From Dehalococcoidia bacterium (GTDB lineage: Bacteria > Chloroflexota > Dehalococcoidia > Plut-88900): a stretch of DNA of 64,000 nt. A program made the translations under genes and the position numbers. The notes under the pieces are model-generated. The model was not told the origin of the DNA and did no database searches. It saw nothing but the letters and a program-made list of their open reading frames with translations. The DNA lies in NCBI GenBank assembly GCA_965249275.1, contig CBDFLQ010000007.1, positions 672,001 to 736,000 on the forward strand, written 5' to 3'. Shown piece by piece: positions 1 through 10,015 of the stretch; within the stretch, counting starts at the first letter, position 1, and each line of letters begins with the position of its first letter.

Positions 1-1352
1 GTGCCCGCCGACGCCAGCCCCGGATTCGCAAACGGGCTCACCACGGCATGGCCATCGGCTCGGGCAACCACCGTGTGCGCCCCCTTCAAGACCACCGTCT
101 TACCCCACTTCCGTGCCGCCTCCCGAGCAGTCCCAATGCGGTCCCGCTGCACTTCCCCCGTCGAAGCGTGCATCAATCGCGACATCTCGCCAGGATGAGG
201 CGTCAATACCGCCTCCCGACCCAGCTTCTCCCACCACCCGTCCTCCGAAGCCAACGCATTCAGCCCGTCCGCATCAACTACGGCGGGTGGGGCAGTCAAA
301 TGTGAATCCAGAAGCAGCCCCTTCGCCAGTTCCCAGGCGCTTTCTGCTCTCCCTAGCCCACACCCGACCAGCAGCGCATCCGCCTCCTTCACTCCCTCTT
401 CAATAGCCGTCCTCCACTCTTGCACACCTGCGTTTTCCTCGAGGGGGATATACGTCACCTCTGCCGCCCGGGAAGCGACTATCGACCGCACTACCGGAGA
501 GCATGCCAAAGTCACCAGCCCAGCCCCGACCCTCGTCGCCGCCGCACATGCCAGATATGCCGCCCCCACGTACTGCCCCGACCCCGCAAGCGCCACTACC
601 CGACCAAAGGTGCCCTTGTGTGCATCCGCCGGCCTCCGAGGCAGCAACTCCTTCACCCTTTCGCCCGTCAGCATCTCCAGCGAGATTTGTCGCGACAGCT
701 CCACCGGTATCCCAATATCCGCAACGGCCAACCGTCCCGTCATCGAGGCGCCCGGGAACGCAAACATCCCGATCTTCGGGTAACCTAAGGCGACGGTGAA
801 ATCTGCCGGTAGCCCTGCTTCGTCCCCCTGCCCCGAGTCTGCATCCACCCCTGACGGCAGGTCCATCGCCGCCACCCTTAAGTTCGGGTTGGACTCCTTC
901 GCATTCCGCACTTCGGAGATTATTGCTTCGATATTCCCCGAAATCGGCCTCGACCTTCCCGTTCCCAGCACCGCGTCCACTACCACCTCCGCCGACCTGA
1001 GCCCCTCCCGCAACGCCGACAGCCCTTCCTCTTCATACGCGGCTATCGGGTCCAATCCCCTGTCAATGACCAGCTTTAAGTTCGGGTCCGACTCGGAGCG
1101 CGGGGAACATAGGAAGGCGTAGACATTCGCAATCCAATCATGGAGATACCGTGCTGCCACCAGCCCGTCTCCCCCGTTATTACCAGGCCCGACAAGCACC
1201 AGCACGTTCTTCCCCGTGACTCCGTCCATCCATTCCCTCACCTCCTCCGCAAACGCCCGACCCGCGTTCTCCATCAATTGCGACGTCGGAATCCCCTCCA
1301 ACTCGCACTGACCCTCGATCTCCCGCATCTCGGCGCTGTTCACTATCTTCAT
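1..1352 (-). CDS. nnr: Bifunctional NAD(P)H-hydrate epimerase/dehydratase (YjeF), 3' end truncated by the window edge
   Basis: Not in the ORF track because there is no stop in the window. Manual minus-strand translation begins MKIVNSAEMREIE at ATG 1352 and ends ...VSPFANPGLASAG, the start of the YjeF-C NPxLASAGTGD motif. Position next to acpS is typical. Confidence 0.9.
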   Translation of the reverse strand, partial: MKIVNSAEMREIEGQCELEGIPTSQLMENAGRAFAEEVREWMDGVTGKNVLVLVGPGNNGGDGLVAARYLHDWIANVYAFLCSPRSESDPNLKLVIDRGLDPIAAYEEEGLSALREGLRSAEVVVDAVLGTGRSRPISGNIEAIISEVRNAKESNPNLRVAAMDLPSGVDADSGQGDEAGLPADFTVALGYPKIGMFAFPGASMTGRLAVADIGIPVELSRQISLEMLTGERVKELLPRRPADAHKGTFGRVVALAGSGQYVGAAYLACAAATRVGAGLVTLACSPVVRSIVASRAAEVTYIPLEENAGVQEWRTAIEEGVKEADALLVGCGLGRAESAWELAKGLLLDSHLTAPPAVVDADGLNALASEDGWWEKLGREAVLTPHPGEMSRLMHASTGEVQRDRIGTAREAARKWGKTVVLKGAHTVVARADGHAVVSPFANPGLASAG

Positions 1353-1374
1353 CGACGTTCGACCTTGCTCACAC

Positions 1375-1770
1375 CTATCCCTCTACCATCGCAACTGCCG
1401 ACGCCACCGCGAACTCATCGGAATGCGACAGGCTTATCGCCACCTCCCCCAACCCCAGCTTACGAGCCCGAGCCTCGGCCCTGCGATACAGCTTCACCGT
1501 CGGCTTTCCGCTCGGCAGAGGCAGAATCTCGATCTCCCGCCACGCCACCCCCCTGTTCCCCGTCCCAAGCACCTTCATCACCGCCTCCTTGCCCGCAAAC
1601 CGTGCAGCGAGCTCCGGCACCCGGTTCCGATAGCGTTCTATCTCCTTGGGCGTGTACACACGAGCCAGGAATTTTTCGCCCCACCTCTCCAAAGCCGCCC
1701 TGATCCTGGGTATCTCTGTTATGTCTACTCCTACACTGGGATATGCACTGCCTGACAAGGCTTCTCTCAC
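1375..1770 (-). CDS. acpS: Holo-[acyl-carrier-protein] synthase
   Basis: GVDITEI, LAARFAGKEAVMK, GKP and ISLSH motifs. Confidence 0.95.
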   Translation of the reverse strand: MREALSGSAYPSVGVDITEIPRIRAALERWGEKFLARVYTPKEIERYRNRVPELAARFAGKEAVMKVLGTGNRGVAWREIEILPLPSGKPTVKLYRRAEARARKLGLGEVAISLSHSDEFAVASAVAMVEG

Positions 1771-1878
1771 GGGTTAAGGGTAGCCGCGAGTATATCACCC
1801 CTTTTCCCGCCGTCGTTCCTTTCTGTCGCGTTCCTCATATCCTCCTCACTACCTGGACCCGGAGGCTCCATTTGCAGG

Positions 1879-1916
1879 GTCATTCCGAGGCTCCGCGAGG
1901 AATCTAGGACTTGCCC
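1879..1916. repeat. Palindromic REP-like element, family B (GTCATTCCGAGGCTCCGCGAGGAATCTAGGACTTGCCC)
   Basis: Near-identical copies at 4273, 10153 (split by IS5) and 52270. Confidence 0.85.
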
Positions 1917-2257
1917 CATCACGCGCCTTACGCTACGCCCTCACTTACTTCCCCTTGTGTCACCAGCCCCCTTGCCCCTCACCACCCATCACCCATATCC
2001 TGTCCACGTGAAATCCGCATCGGCCCAACGCAATGCGTTCCACCCAAGCTGGCCGGGCCTCGGTCGAGCAATACGTCCATTCTCAGGAAAATACAGATGT
2101 ATGATTGATACGGTAATGCGGGATTTCCACAAACTATCAAATTTCGTGCCTGCTCCCCGAAGACAATCAAACGCAAAGCCGATTTACCTTGACTATCCGT
2201 CGCCATTTTGATTGTAAACTGTCAACTGCCGCCCATCGACTGAACAAGTGCCACAAA

Positions 2258-2287
2258 TTGACTCCCCAATTCTCGCAACGTTAGAAT
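2258..2287 (+). promoter_or_regulatory. Putative sigma70 promoter of valS
   Basis: TTGACT-18nt-TAGAAT upstream of the valS ATG. Confidence 0.5.
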
Positions 2288-2362
2288 CGACCAACTTCTC
2301 TAGCGAAAGTTCCGAATACGTTATCCCCTCTCTCACCGACAACCTCACTACCGTAACTAACC

Positions 2363-5185
2363 ATGATTACCCGCACTGAAAACCTCGCCCGCATCCCAAA
2401 GGTCTACGACCCCACCGAGATCGAAGGCCGAATCTACAAGTTTTGGCTCGATAACGGCTACTTCACCCCAACCATAGAAGAGGGCAAGCAGCCCTTTGTC
2501 ATCATCATGCCGCCGCCCAACGTCACCGGCGAGCTTCACCTCGGCCACGCTCTGACTGCCGCCGCCGAGGACGCTCTCATCCGCTGGCATCGCATGATGG
2601 GCGACCCTACCCTCTGGCTCCCGGGCAGCGACCACGCCGGAATCGCAACTCAGGTCGTAGTCGAAAGACAGCTAGTCAAAGAGGGAAAGGCCCGGCAGGA
2701 AATAGGTCGCGAAGCTTTCGTTGCGAGGGTATGGGAATGGGTACGCCAATACGGTCGCACCATCGCAGAGCAGCACAAGAGACTCGGCGCTTCCTGCGAC
2801 TGGACCCGAGAGCGCTTCACCCTCGACGAAGGCCCCAGCCGCGCCGTACGCACCACTTTCGTCAACCTCTACCGCAAGGGCCTTATATACCGCGGCGAGC
2901 GCATCATCAACTGGTGCCCCCGATGCACGACCGCCCTCTCCGACCTCGAGGTCATCCACCAGGAAGTCGATAGCAATCTCTACTACATCCGCTATCCCCA
3001 CGCCCAGGACCCGACCCGCTACCTCACCGTCGCCACCACCCGTCCCGAGACCCTTCTCGGCGACACCGCTGTCGCCGTCAACCCCGACGACGAACGTTTC
3101 GCCGATTTCGTCGGCCAGAATGTGATCCTCCCCCGTCTAAACCGCCCCATCCCCGTCGTCGCCGACACCGCAGTCGACACAGAGTTCGGCACCGGCGCCG
3201 TCAAAGTAACCCCAGCCCATGATCCCAACGACTTCGATATCGCCCAGCGCCACAACCTTCCCCTAATCACTGTAATCGGGCCCCGGTCTTCAATGACCGA
3301 GGCCGCTGGGCCCCAATACACCGGCTTGACCGTCGCAGAGTGCCGAGCCCGCATCCTCCAGGACCTCGAATCCGATGGTCTGCTCGCAAAGGCCGAACCC
3401 CTCACCCACTCCGTTGGGCACTGCCAGCGCTGCAACACAGTCGTCGAACCTATGGCCGGTAAGCAGTGGTTCGTCAAGGTCGGCCCCATGGCTGAGGCCG
3501 CCGCCGCCGCCGTCACCGAGGGCCGTATCCGCATAGTCCCAGACCGCTTCACCAAGGTCTATTTGAACTGGATGGACAACATCCGAGACTGGTGCATCAG
3601 CCGCCAGCTCTGGTGGGGCCATCGTATCCCCGTCTGGTATTGTGATCGGTGCGAACACCTCACCGTCGCTCTGGATGACCCAACAGCCTGCGAGGGTTGT
3701 GGCTCGACCGATATTCGCCAGGACCCCGACGTCCTGGACACATGGTTCAGCTCCGGCCTCTGGCCCCATTCCACCCTCGGCTGGCCCGACAACACCGACG
3801 ACCTCCGCTATTTCTACCCCGGCGCAGTCCTCGAAACAGGCTACGATATCCTCTTCTTCTGGGTCGCCCGCATGATCATGCTCGGCATCCAGAACATGGG
3901 CGACATACCCTTCCACACTGTATATCTCCACGGCCTCATCCAGGACGAACACGGCGAGAAGATGAGTAAGGTGAAGGGCAACGTACTCAATCCCCTCGAA
4001 ATCATCGACGAGCACGGCGCCGACGCCCTCCGCTTTGCCCTCACCGTCGGCACCGCCCCCGGCAACGACAGCCGGCTCAGCGAGGCCAAGATTCGGTCCA
4101 GCCGCAACTTCACCAACAAGCTCTGGAACGCCTCCCGCTACGTCATCTCCATCCTCGACCAAGCCCCATCATCCCCCCCCGTCATTCCTGCGGAGGCAGG
4201 CCGAAGGTCCGCCGAGGAGGAAATCCATCCCCCCCAACCCTCTACTTTATCATCCCAAGACCAGGCAAATATGTCATTCCGACGCTCCGCGAGGAATCTA
4301 GGACTTGCCCACTCAACTTCCTCATCGCAATCCCCTCCCTCCGATTCCCTCCCCATCGAAGACCGCTGGATCCTGAGCCGCTTCCAACGCACCGTCGAGG
4401 ACGTCACCCGCGCCCTCAACGGCTTCCGTCTCGGCGACGCCCAGGAGTACGTCCACGACTTCATCTGGAACGAGTTCTGCGACTGGTATATCGAAATAGC
4501 CAAGATTCGCCTCCGGGACCTTTCCGACTCCCCCTCCCCCGCCCCCGTCCTGGCTCAGGTCCTCGACGGCGCTCTTCGCCTACTCCACCCCTTCATGCCC
4601 TTCATAACCGAGGAAATCTGGCAAACCCTCGTCCAACGAATGCCCGCATCCGGTGATCAGACCGGCTCCATAATGGTCGCCCCATACCCCACCCCCGACC
4701 CCGCCGCCATCGACTCGGAAGCCGAGGAGTGGGCCGGCCTTCTAATGGCCCTCGTCCGCGGTGTACGCAACGTCCGCGCAGAGCGCAAAGTCGAGGCAAG
4801 TAAGAAAATCCTGGCCGTCCTGTTGGATGGCGAGACCCTTGGACCCGGAGGCCAATCTTTCTTAGAAACCCTCGCCCAATGCTCCGTCGAGGCACACGCC
4901 GGCAACACCTCTCAACCAGAGAACTCCATCATGGTCGTCGAAAAGGCCACCCGAGTCTTCCTCCCCCTCGCCGGCCTCTTCGACTTCGCCGTTGAACGAA
5001 ATCGCCTTGAATCAGCCCTTGGGGAATTGGGCAAGAGGATCGCCCAGATCGAGTCCCGCCTTGAGAACAAGCAATTCCTCTCCAAAGCTCCCCCCGACGT
5101 TGTCGAAAAGGAACGCACCCGCCTCTCCGGCTGGCGAGAAGAGGAAGCCAACTTCCTCCACCGCCTCGGTGAACTGGGTCAATAG
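2363..5185 (+). CDS. valS: Valine--tRNA ligase with an in-frame repeat-derived insertion
   Basis: PPPNVTGELHLGH (HIGH), DWCISRQLWWGH, KMSK, C-terminal coiled coil; extra ~45-50 aa before DRWILSR. Confidence 0.98.
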   Translation: MITRTENLARIPKVYDPTEIEGRIYKFWLDNGYFTPTIEEGKQPFVIIMPPPNVTGELHLGHALTAAAEDALIRWHRMMGDPTLWLPGSDHAGIATQVVVERQLVKEGKARQEIGREAFVARVWEWVRQYGRTIAEQHKRLGASCDWTRERFTLDEGPSRAVRTTFVNLYRKGLIYRGERIINWCPRCTTALSDLEVIHQEVDSNLYYIRYPHAQDPTRYLTVATTRPETLLGDTAVAVNPDDERFADFVGQNVILPRLNRPIPVVADTAVDTEFGTGAVKVTPAHDPNDFDIAQRHNLPLITVIGPRSSMTEAAGPQYTGLTVAECRARILQDLESDGLLAKAEPLTHSVGHCQRCNTVVEPMAGKQWFVKVGPMAEAAAAAVTEGRIRIVPDRFTKVYLNWMDNIRDWCISRQLWWGHRIPVWYCDRCEHLTVALDDPTACEGCGSTDIRQDPDVLDTWFSSGLWPHSTLGWPDNTDDLRYFYPGAVLETGYDILFFWVARMIMLGIQNMGDIPFHTVYLHGLIQDEHGEKMSKVKGNVLNPLEIIDEHGADALRFALTVGTAPGNDSRLSEAKIRSSRNFTNKLWNASRYVISILDQAPSSPPVIPAEAGRRSAEEEIHPPQPSTLSSQDQANMSFRRSARNLGLAHSTSSSQSPPSDSLPIEDRWILSRFQRTVEDVTRALNGFRLGDAQEYVHDFIWNEFCDWYIEIAKIRLRDLSDSPSPAPVLAQVLDGALRLLHPFMPFITEEIWQTLVQRMPASGDQTGSIMVAPYPTPDPAAIDSEAEEWAGLLMALVRGVRNVRAERKVEASKKILAVLLDGETLGPGGQSFLETLAQCSVEAHAGNTSQPENSIMVVEKATRVFLPLAGLFDFAVERNRLESALGELGKRIAQIESRLENKQFLSKAPPDVVEKERTRLSGWREEEANFLHRLGELGQ
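4181..4314. repeat. Composite palindromic repeat inside valS (family A with a nested 21-nt hairpin, plus family B)
   Basis: GTCATTCCTGCGGAGGCAGG[CCGAAGGTCCGCCGAGGAGGA]AATCC at 4181-4226 and TGTCATTCCGACGCTCCGCGAGGAATCTAGGACTTGCCC at 4272-4310; both match intergenic copies. Confidence 0.85.
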
Positions 5186-5202
5186 CAGTCCACCAAGAGA
5201 CC

Positions 5203-5300
5203 GTTATTCCTGCGGAGGCAGGAATCCAGGGGAAGTGTGGGGTTGGGTCCGATCCTCGGGGCGGGGCCGCTCGTGCTGAGGCTCTCGAAGTATGAGCGGG
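5203..5300. repeat. Intergenic REP cluster: family A (5203-5228) and family C (5263-5300)
   Basis: GTTATTCCTGCGGAGGCAGGAATCCA and GGGGCCGCTCGTGCTGAGGCTCTCGAAGTATGAGCGGG; the second is identical to 26623-26660. Confidence 0.85.
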
Positions 5301-5405
5301 GGGCGGAGGAAGGATTAGACAAGCGGCCACTTTGCATAGTATGTCTACTCATCGCAATATGCTTCCACATCAAGACTTGTCCAATGCCCCCATAGGGCAT
5401 AGACC

Positions 5406-6410
5406 ATGAAGTTCGCCGTCAGCGTCTTCGGCAACCAGCCCATGCCCCGGATCGTCCAACGCGTGCAAATGATCGAGGCCCTCGGCTTCGACGCCGTCTG
5501 GTTCGGAGACCTCCAACGCATATGCCGCGAGGTGTACGTGGAGATGACGGCCTGTGCCCTGAACACGTCCAGGATCACTCTCGGTATAGGCGTCACTATG
5601 CCCACCACCCGACACGCCAGCGTCACGGCCAGCGCCTTCGCCTCCCTTCACGATCTGGCCCCCGGCCGCATTCGTGCAGGCATCAGCACAGGAGACAGCG
5701 GCGTCCGCTCAATAGGCCGCCGCCCCGAGCCCATTGCCAGTCTCGAGTCCTACATTCGCCAGGTTAAGGGCCTGCTCCAAAATGAGGTCGTGGAGTTCGA
5801 CGAAGGCGGCAAAGCCAAACTCGCCTGGCTGCAATCCCCGACTGACATACCCATTTACGTCGCCGCCACCGGCCCCCGGCTCACCCGAGCCGCAGGCCGC
5901 ATGGCCGACGGCGCTATCCTCCTCAGAGAACGAGGCCCTGCCCAAATGTCGGCAGGCGTCGAGATGTTCAAGGAATCCGCAAGGGCTGCAGGCAAAACAC
6001 CCGCCGACACCAAGTTGTCCTGCTGGCTTCAGACCTGCCTCGGCCCCGACCGCACCCTCGCCCGACGCAAGCTCAACGGCCCCGTCGGCGTCATCATCAA
6101 CATGTCCAACCCCGCACTTTTCGACGAAGAAGATCTGCCCTTGATTGCCAAGCTTAAGGCTAACTACAACCCGTCAAAGCACTCCCGCTCCTACATTTCC
6201 GACGAGTTCCGCATCCCGGACAAGTACATCGACCGCTTCGCCTTGGGCGGCGACCGAGAAGATGCAATCTCCTGCATAAAGCAGCTATCCACGGTCGAGG
6301 GCCTGGACGAGATTATCCTCGCCCCTCAGCACATCCCCGAAGTCCCCGGCCCCACAGTCGACGAGACCATCCGCTACTTCGCCGAAGAAGTCCTCCCTCA
6401 CGTAGCCTGA
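5406..6410 (+). CDS. LLM-class flavin-dependent oxidoreductase (Mer-like)
   Basis: GFDAVWFGD, TSRITLGIGVT, PGRIRAGISTGD, PIYVAATGP, ADG luciferase-like motifs. Confidence 0.88.
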   Translation: MKFAVSVFGNQPMPRIVQRVQMIEALGFDAVWFGDLQRICREVYVEMTACALNTSRITLGIGVTMPTTRHASVTASAFASLHDLAPGRIRAGISTGDSGVRSIGRRPEPIASLESYIRQVKGLLQNEVVEFDEGGKAKLAWLQSPTDIPIYVAATGPRLTRAAGRMADGAILLRERGPAQMSAGVEMFKESARAAGKTPADTKLSCWLQTCLGPDRTLARRKLNGPVGVIINMSNPALFDEEDLPLIAKLKANYNPSKHSRSYISDEFRIPDKYIDRFALGGDREDAISCIKQLSTVEGLDEIILAPQHIPEVPGPTVDETIRYFAEEVLPHVA

Positions 6411-6594
6411 CCCCCCCGTCCCCCTACACTCCGTCTACCCCATAGGCCAATTGCATCGCAACTAGGCATTTGAGAGTTATTTGTGCGTAAGCAGGTGATT
6501 CGGAAGGTAGAAGAGCCAAGCGCTCTTCTACGGACGCAAGGTAGTGCCCCTCACTGCCTTGCCGAGCTAAGTTAAGTTGAAAGCGTGTAAGTGG

Positions 6595-7221
6595 TCAGGC
6601 AATCGCACGCTTGGACAAGTCCAGTAGAGTCGCATCTCTTCCCGGGGCAAACGCAGATCCTGGTCTTGAAGGCTCCAAATAGGTGACGGCGTCATAAAAG
6701 TCGTCTAGCGCAACAAATATGCCGTTCTCCTCGGCCCAACGTCGCATTCGCTGGTTACAGGAGTGCGCCCAAGACAGTATTTCAACTTTCCAACCTCGCT
6801 TGTGCATACGTTCCAAGGTGCTGTGAAAGCCTGCCCCTTCGGAGTAACCAGCGCCGTCTCCAGTTAGCAATACTACAATCCCCGGATTTCCATTGTTGTC
6901 CAGAGCATCCTCCAGCATTCGCAATTGCAACACCCTATCGGGTATATCCTGCTCTCCCCGCTCGGGGTCGCCACGGTCGAACAGTTTCACCTCCACCCCC
7001 ATATTCTCCAGTCTGTTCCATAAGTGACGCATCTCCGGTGGCACTGACCCGGCAGCCACTGCATGCATCAACGGTCTCTCGGCTTGGGCAAGTTGAAGTA
7101 GCGCATCGAAGTTAATTCGCACTCTGTATCGAGCATCGGGTCCTTCGTTACGCTCCCCCGCCAACCGCTGCGCCTCATGGAAGATGTTCGAATTGTCCCA
7201 ATAAATGAATACTCCAACCAT
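6595..7221 (-). CDS. NYN domain (PIN-like, LabA/DUF88) putative ribonuclease
   Basis: N-terminal IYWDNSNI, EQDIPD, VVLLTGDGAG, GWKVEILSW; lower GC than flanks. Confidence 0.8.
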   Translation of the reverse strand: MVGVFIYWDNSNIFHEAQRLAGERNEGPDARYRVRINFDALLQLAQAERPLMHAVAAGSVPPEMRHLWNRLENMGVEVKLFDRGDPERGEQDIPDRVLQLRMLEDALDNNGNPGIVVLLTGDGAGYSEGAGFHSTLERMHKRGWKVEILSWAHSCNQRMRRWAEENGIFVALDDFYDAVTYLEPSRPGSAFAPGRDATLLDLSKRAIA

Positions 7222-7406
7222 AGTGTTTCTCTATCTAATTTGCACCTTTGTTATGTCGCGTGTCCGCTCACATGACCGTATTTTGGGGCACCTGCCCATT
7301 GCTACCTAAGTTTAACACTACTTCACAGATGCATTGTTCCTCCCCCCGTGTTGTATACTCTCCCCGACAACACAACCCCCCAACCCACGACCTAAGGAGA
7401 CCGCCA

Positions 7407-8855
7407 ATGCCATCTACCATCAAGGAACAGCTCTGGTACGGCGACCACTGGATGGACGTCGACCTCCCGGAACGCACCAGGGTCCTCCAGGCTAATGGCC
7501 ACTCCTCCGCCAAGCCTGTCGCCAACTTGGAAGCCTCTATCAGAGAGGCCATCGCCAACCCCATCGCCCATGACCCCATCCACAAGTTGGTCGGCAAGGG
7601 CGCCAAAGTCACTATTGCCTTCGACGACCCAGGCGGCGTCCAGACCAAGGGCGTCGACTTCCGGCAAGTAGCCATCAGCGTCCTGCTCGAAGAGCTCCAG
7701 AAGGCAGGCGTCGAACTCTCCGACATCCTCCTACTCTGCGCCAACGCCCTCCACCGCAAGTGGACCCGTTCTGAGCTCGCGCCCATTGTCGGCGAGCGCA
7801 TCAGCGTCCTCTGGCCCGCCCAACGCCTCCGCTGCCACGATGCAGAGAACCCTGACGAACTGATATTCCTCGGCGAAACCCACCGCGGCTTCGAGGTAGA
7901 GGTCAACCGAGCCGTCACCGATTCTGACCTCCTCATCTATCTCAACATCACCCATATCCCCTTCGGCGGCGGCTGGAAATCCGTCGCCGTCGGCCTCGGC
8001 ACCTTCCGCAGCATCAGGCACCACCACCGGCCCTTCCCCTTCGCCTCCGGCAAGTCCGTAATGGACCCCAAGATTTCCTCCTTCCACAAGCTCGTTTGGG
8101 AGCAGGGCAAGGTTATTGAAGATCACCTGGCAAAAAAGGGGCGACGCATCTTCAGTATCGAGTCCGTGGTTACAGCAACCGACCCCCCCGAGGTCACCGC
8201 CGTTTTCGCAGGTCACACCCCGGATGTCCACAACCACACTCTTGACGCCCTCAGCTCCCTCCAGGTTTTGGATGTCGACGGGCAGAGCGATATTGGCCTC
8301 TACGGCGTCACCAGCAAGACCGGTTACGCTCACAACTCCTTCATCAACCCGCTCCTGGTCACCGACCAGGGATTTGAATACACCTACAGCATGTTTCAGA
8401 ACCAGCCCCTGATCCGACCGGGCGGCATCATCATCCTCGCCCACCCTTGCAAGAACCAGTTCGACGACATCCACCACCCCTCTTACCGGGAGTTCTACGA
8501 GCGGCTCCTTCCCATGACCCTGGATCCCTACGAGCTTTGGAACCTCTTCTCAGACGACTTCGCCCATCGCCCAGAGTTCATCCACAAGTACCGTTATGGC
8601 TACGGCTACCACGGTTCTCACCCCTTCTTCATGTGGAACACCCGAGGCGCCCCCTCCCGACACCTCTCCGGCATGTTCCTCGCCGGCGCCACCGATTTCG
8701 AGGTCGCGCGCCACATGGGCTTCGAGCCTTTCCACACAGTAGAGGACGCCATCGCTGAGGCGGAAACCCGTCTTGGGAAGGACGCTTCAATCTCCTTCCA
8801 CAAGTCGCCCCCCACCTCCATAGCACGGGTCAACGGAACAAACGGCGCCCACTAG
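7407..8855 (+). CDS. Lactate racemase (LarA/DUF2088) domain protein
   Basis: Start at MPSTIK after AAGGAG; IAFDD, ANALHR, CHDAE, GGGWKS LarA-superfamily motifs. Confidence 0.8.
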   Translation: MPSTIKEQLWYGDHWMDVDLPERTRVLQANGHSSAKPVANLEASIREAIANPIAHDPIHKLVGKGAKVTIAFDDPGGVQTKGVDFRQVAISVLLEELQKAGVELSDILLLCANALHRKWTRSELAPIVGERISVLWPAQRLRCHDAENPDELIFLGETHRGFEVEVNRAVTDSDLLIYLNITHIPFGGGWKSVAVGLGTFRSIRHHHRPFPFASGKSVMDPKISSFHKLVWEQGKVIEDHLAKKGRRIFSIESVVTATDPPEVTAVFAGHTPDVHNHTLDALSSLQVLDVDGQSDIGLYGVTSKTGYAHNSFINPLLVTDQGFEYTYSMFQNQPLIRPGGIIILAHPCKNQFDDIHHPSYREFYERLLPMTLDPYELWNLFSDDFAHRPEFIHKYRYGYGYHGSHPFFMWNTRGAPSRHLSGMFLAGATDFEVARHMGFEPFHTVEDAIAEAETRLGKDASISFHKSPPTSIARVNGTNGAH

Positions 8856-8921
8856 CTCCTTAATTCGGGTCCACAGCAACCATTAGTCCGGACAGGCCTT
8901 AGGTTACTTAACTGGAGGAGG

Positions 8922-9995
8922 TTGAATATGGAACTGCCGTTTAAGGTGATGGATGCTGATGGCCATATAGCTGAGGACGTCTCCCGGATTAAGGAGTATC
9001 TGGAGCCGCCCTACAACGACAACCTTTGGGTAGGCGTACCCGATAGTCAGGGTCGCGTCGGCCACGCCACCAGCCTGGCCGACACCTCGTTCGTAGACAC
9101 CACTATGGGCGGAAGCATGGGGAGCGTCGGGCCTCCAGGCTATCCATTCCCGAAGGACTGGCTTGAGGCCCTCGAATGGGGAGGGATGGACACCACCTTC
9201 CTGTTCCCGACCAACCTGCTCGGATACGGCAACATCTTCGACCCCGACTACATGCTCGCCCTCACCCGCGCCTACAACAACTACGTCTCCGACGAATGGT
9301 TGAAGACGAGCCCCCGTCTGAGAGCCGTATCCCTCGTGCCACTGCTCGATGTCGGCGAAGGCGTCAAGGAAATGCGGCGCACCATAACTGAGTTGGGTTT
9401 TTCAGGAGTGACAGTCCCCGCACACGGGTTCGGGGGGCTGGGAGACAGGAGGTACGATCCTTTCTATGAAGAGGCCCAGAGCTTGGGGTGCCTGGTTGCC
9501 GTGCATGGAAACACCCCGGAGTACATGCGCTTCAACAAGTTCATCCAGAAGCACACCGCCTCTTTCCCCATGTCTAACATGCTTCAGCTTGTGCATATGA
9601 CCTACGAAGGCATCTTCGAAAGGTTCCCGAATCTCCGGGTGGGATACCTGGAAGGGGGTTGCACTTGGGTCCCATTCTTCATGAATCGGATGGACGAGGA
9701 ATGGGAGAAGCGGGGCCATCTTGAAGCCAAGAGTTGCAAGAAAGAGCCCAGCGAATACATCAAGTCCGACATGGTCTTCTTCCATGCCGAACCCTCCGAG
9801 GATCTCATACCCCAGGTCGTCGAGCTGCTCGGCGAAAACTCCCTCTTCTACGCCTCCGACTGGCCTCATTGGGACAACGAATACCCCGACAATGTCGCCC
9901 AGTTCTGGAATCGCGACGACCTGAGCTACAGCGCCAAGAAAGCCATACTTTCGGACAACACCCGCCGGATGTACGGCATGGGCCCGGACGACTAA
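8922..9995 (+). CDS. Amidohydrolase_2 family protein
   Basis: DADGH, RAYN, FERFPNLRVGYLEGG, YASDWPHWD; GGAGG RBS (start may be ATG 8928). Confidence 0.88.
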   Translation: MNMELPFKVMDADGHIAEDVSRIKEYLEPPYNDNLWVGVPDSQGRVGHATSLADTSFVDTTMGGSMGSVGPPGYPFPKDWLEALEWGGMDTTFLFPTNLLGYGNIFDPDYMLALTRAYNNYVSDEWLKTSPRLRAVSLVPLLDVGEGVKEMRRTITELGFSGVTVPAHGFGGLGDRRYDPFYEEAQSLGCLVAVHGNTPEYMRFNKFIQKHTASFPMSNMLQLVHMTYEGIFERFPNLRVGYLEGGCTWVPFFMNRMDEEWEKRGHLEAKSCKKEPSEYIKSDMVFFHAEPSEDLIPQVVELLGENSLFYASDWPHWDNEYPDNVAQFWNRDDLSYSAKKAILSDNTRRMYGMGPDD

Positions 9996-10015
9996 AGCCC
10001 CCCCATCCCCAGGGT

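Noticed and set aside
2200-2362. T-box leader for valS
   Set aside because: No T-box consensus (AAnnnnGGTGGnACC) or terminator seen; the leader is short
6440-6594. Integron attC site after the NYN gene
   Set aside because: A RYYYAAC-like core exists on the minus strand, but no matching GTTRRRY or L boxes at a suitable distance, and no integrase
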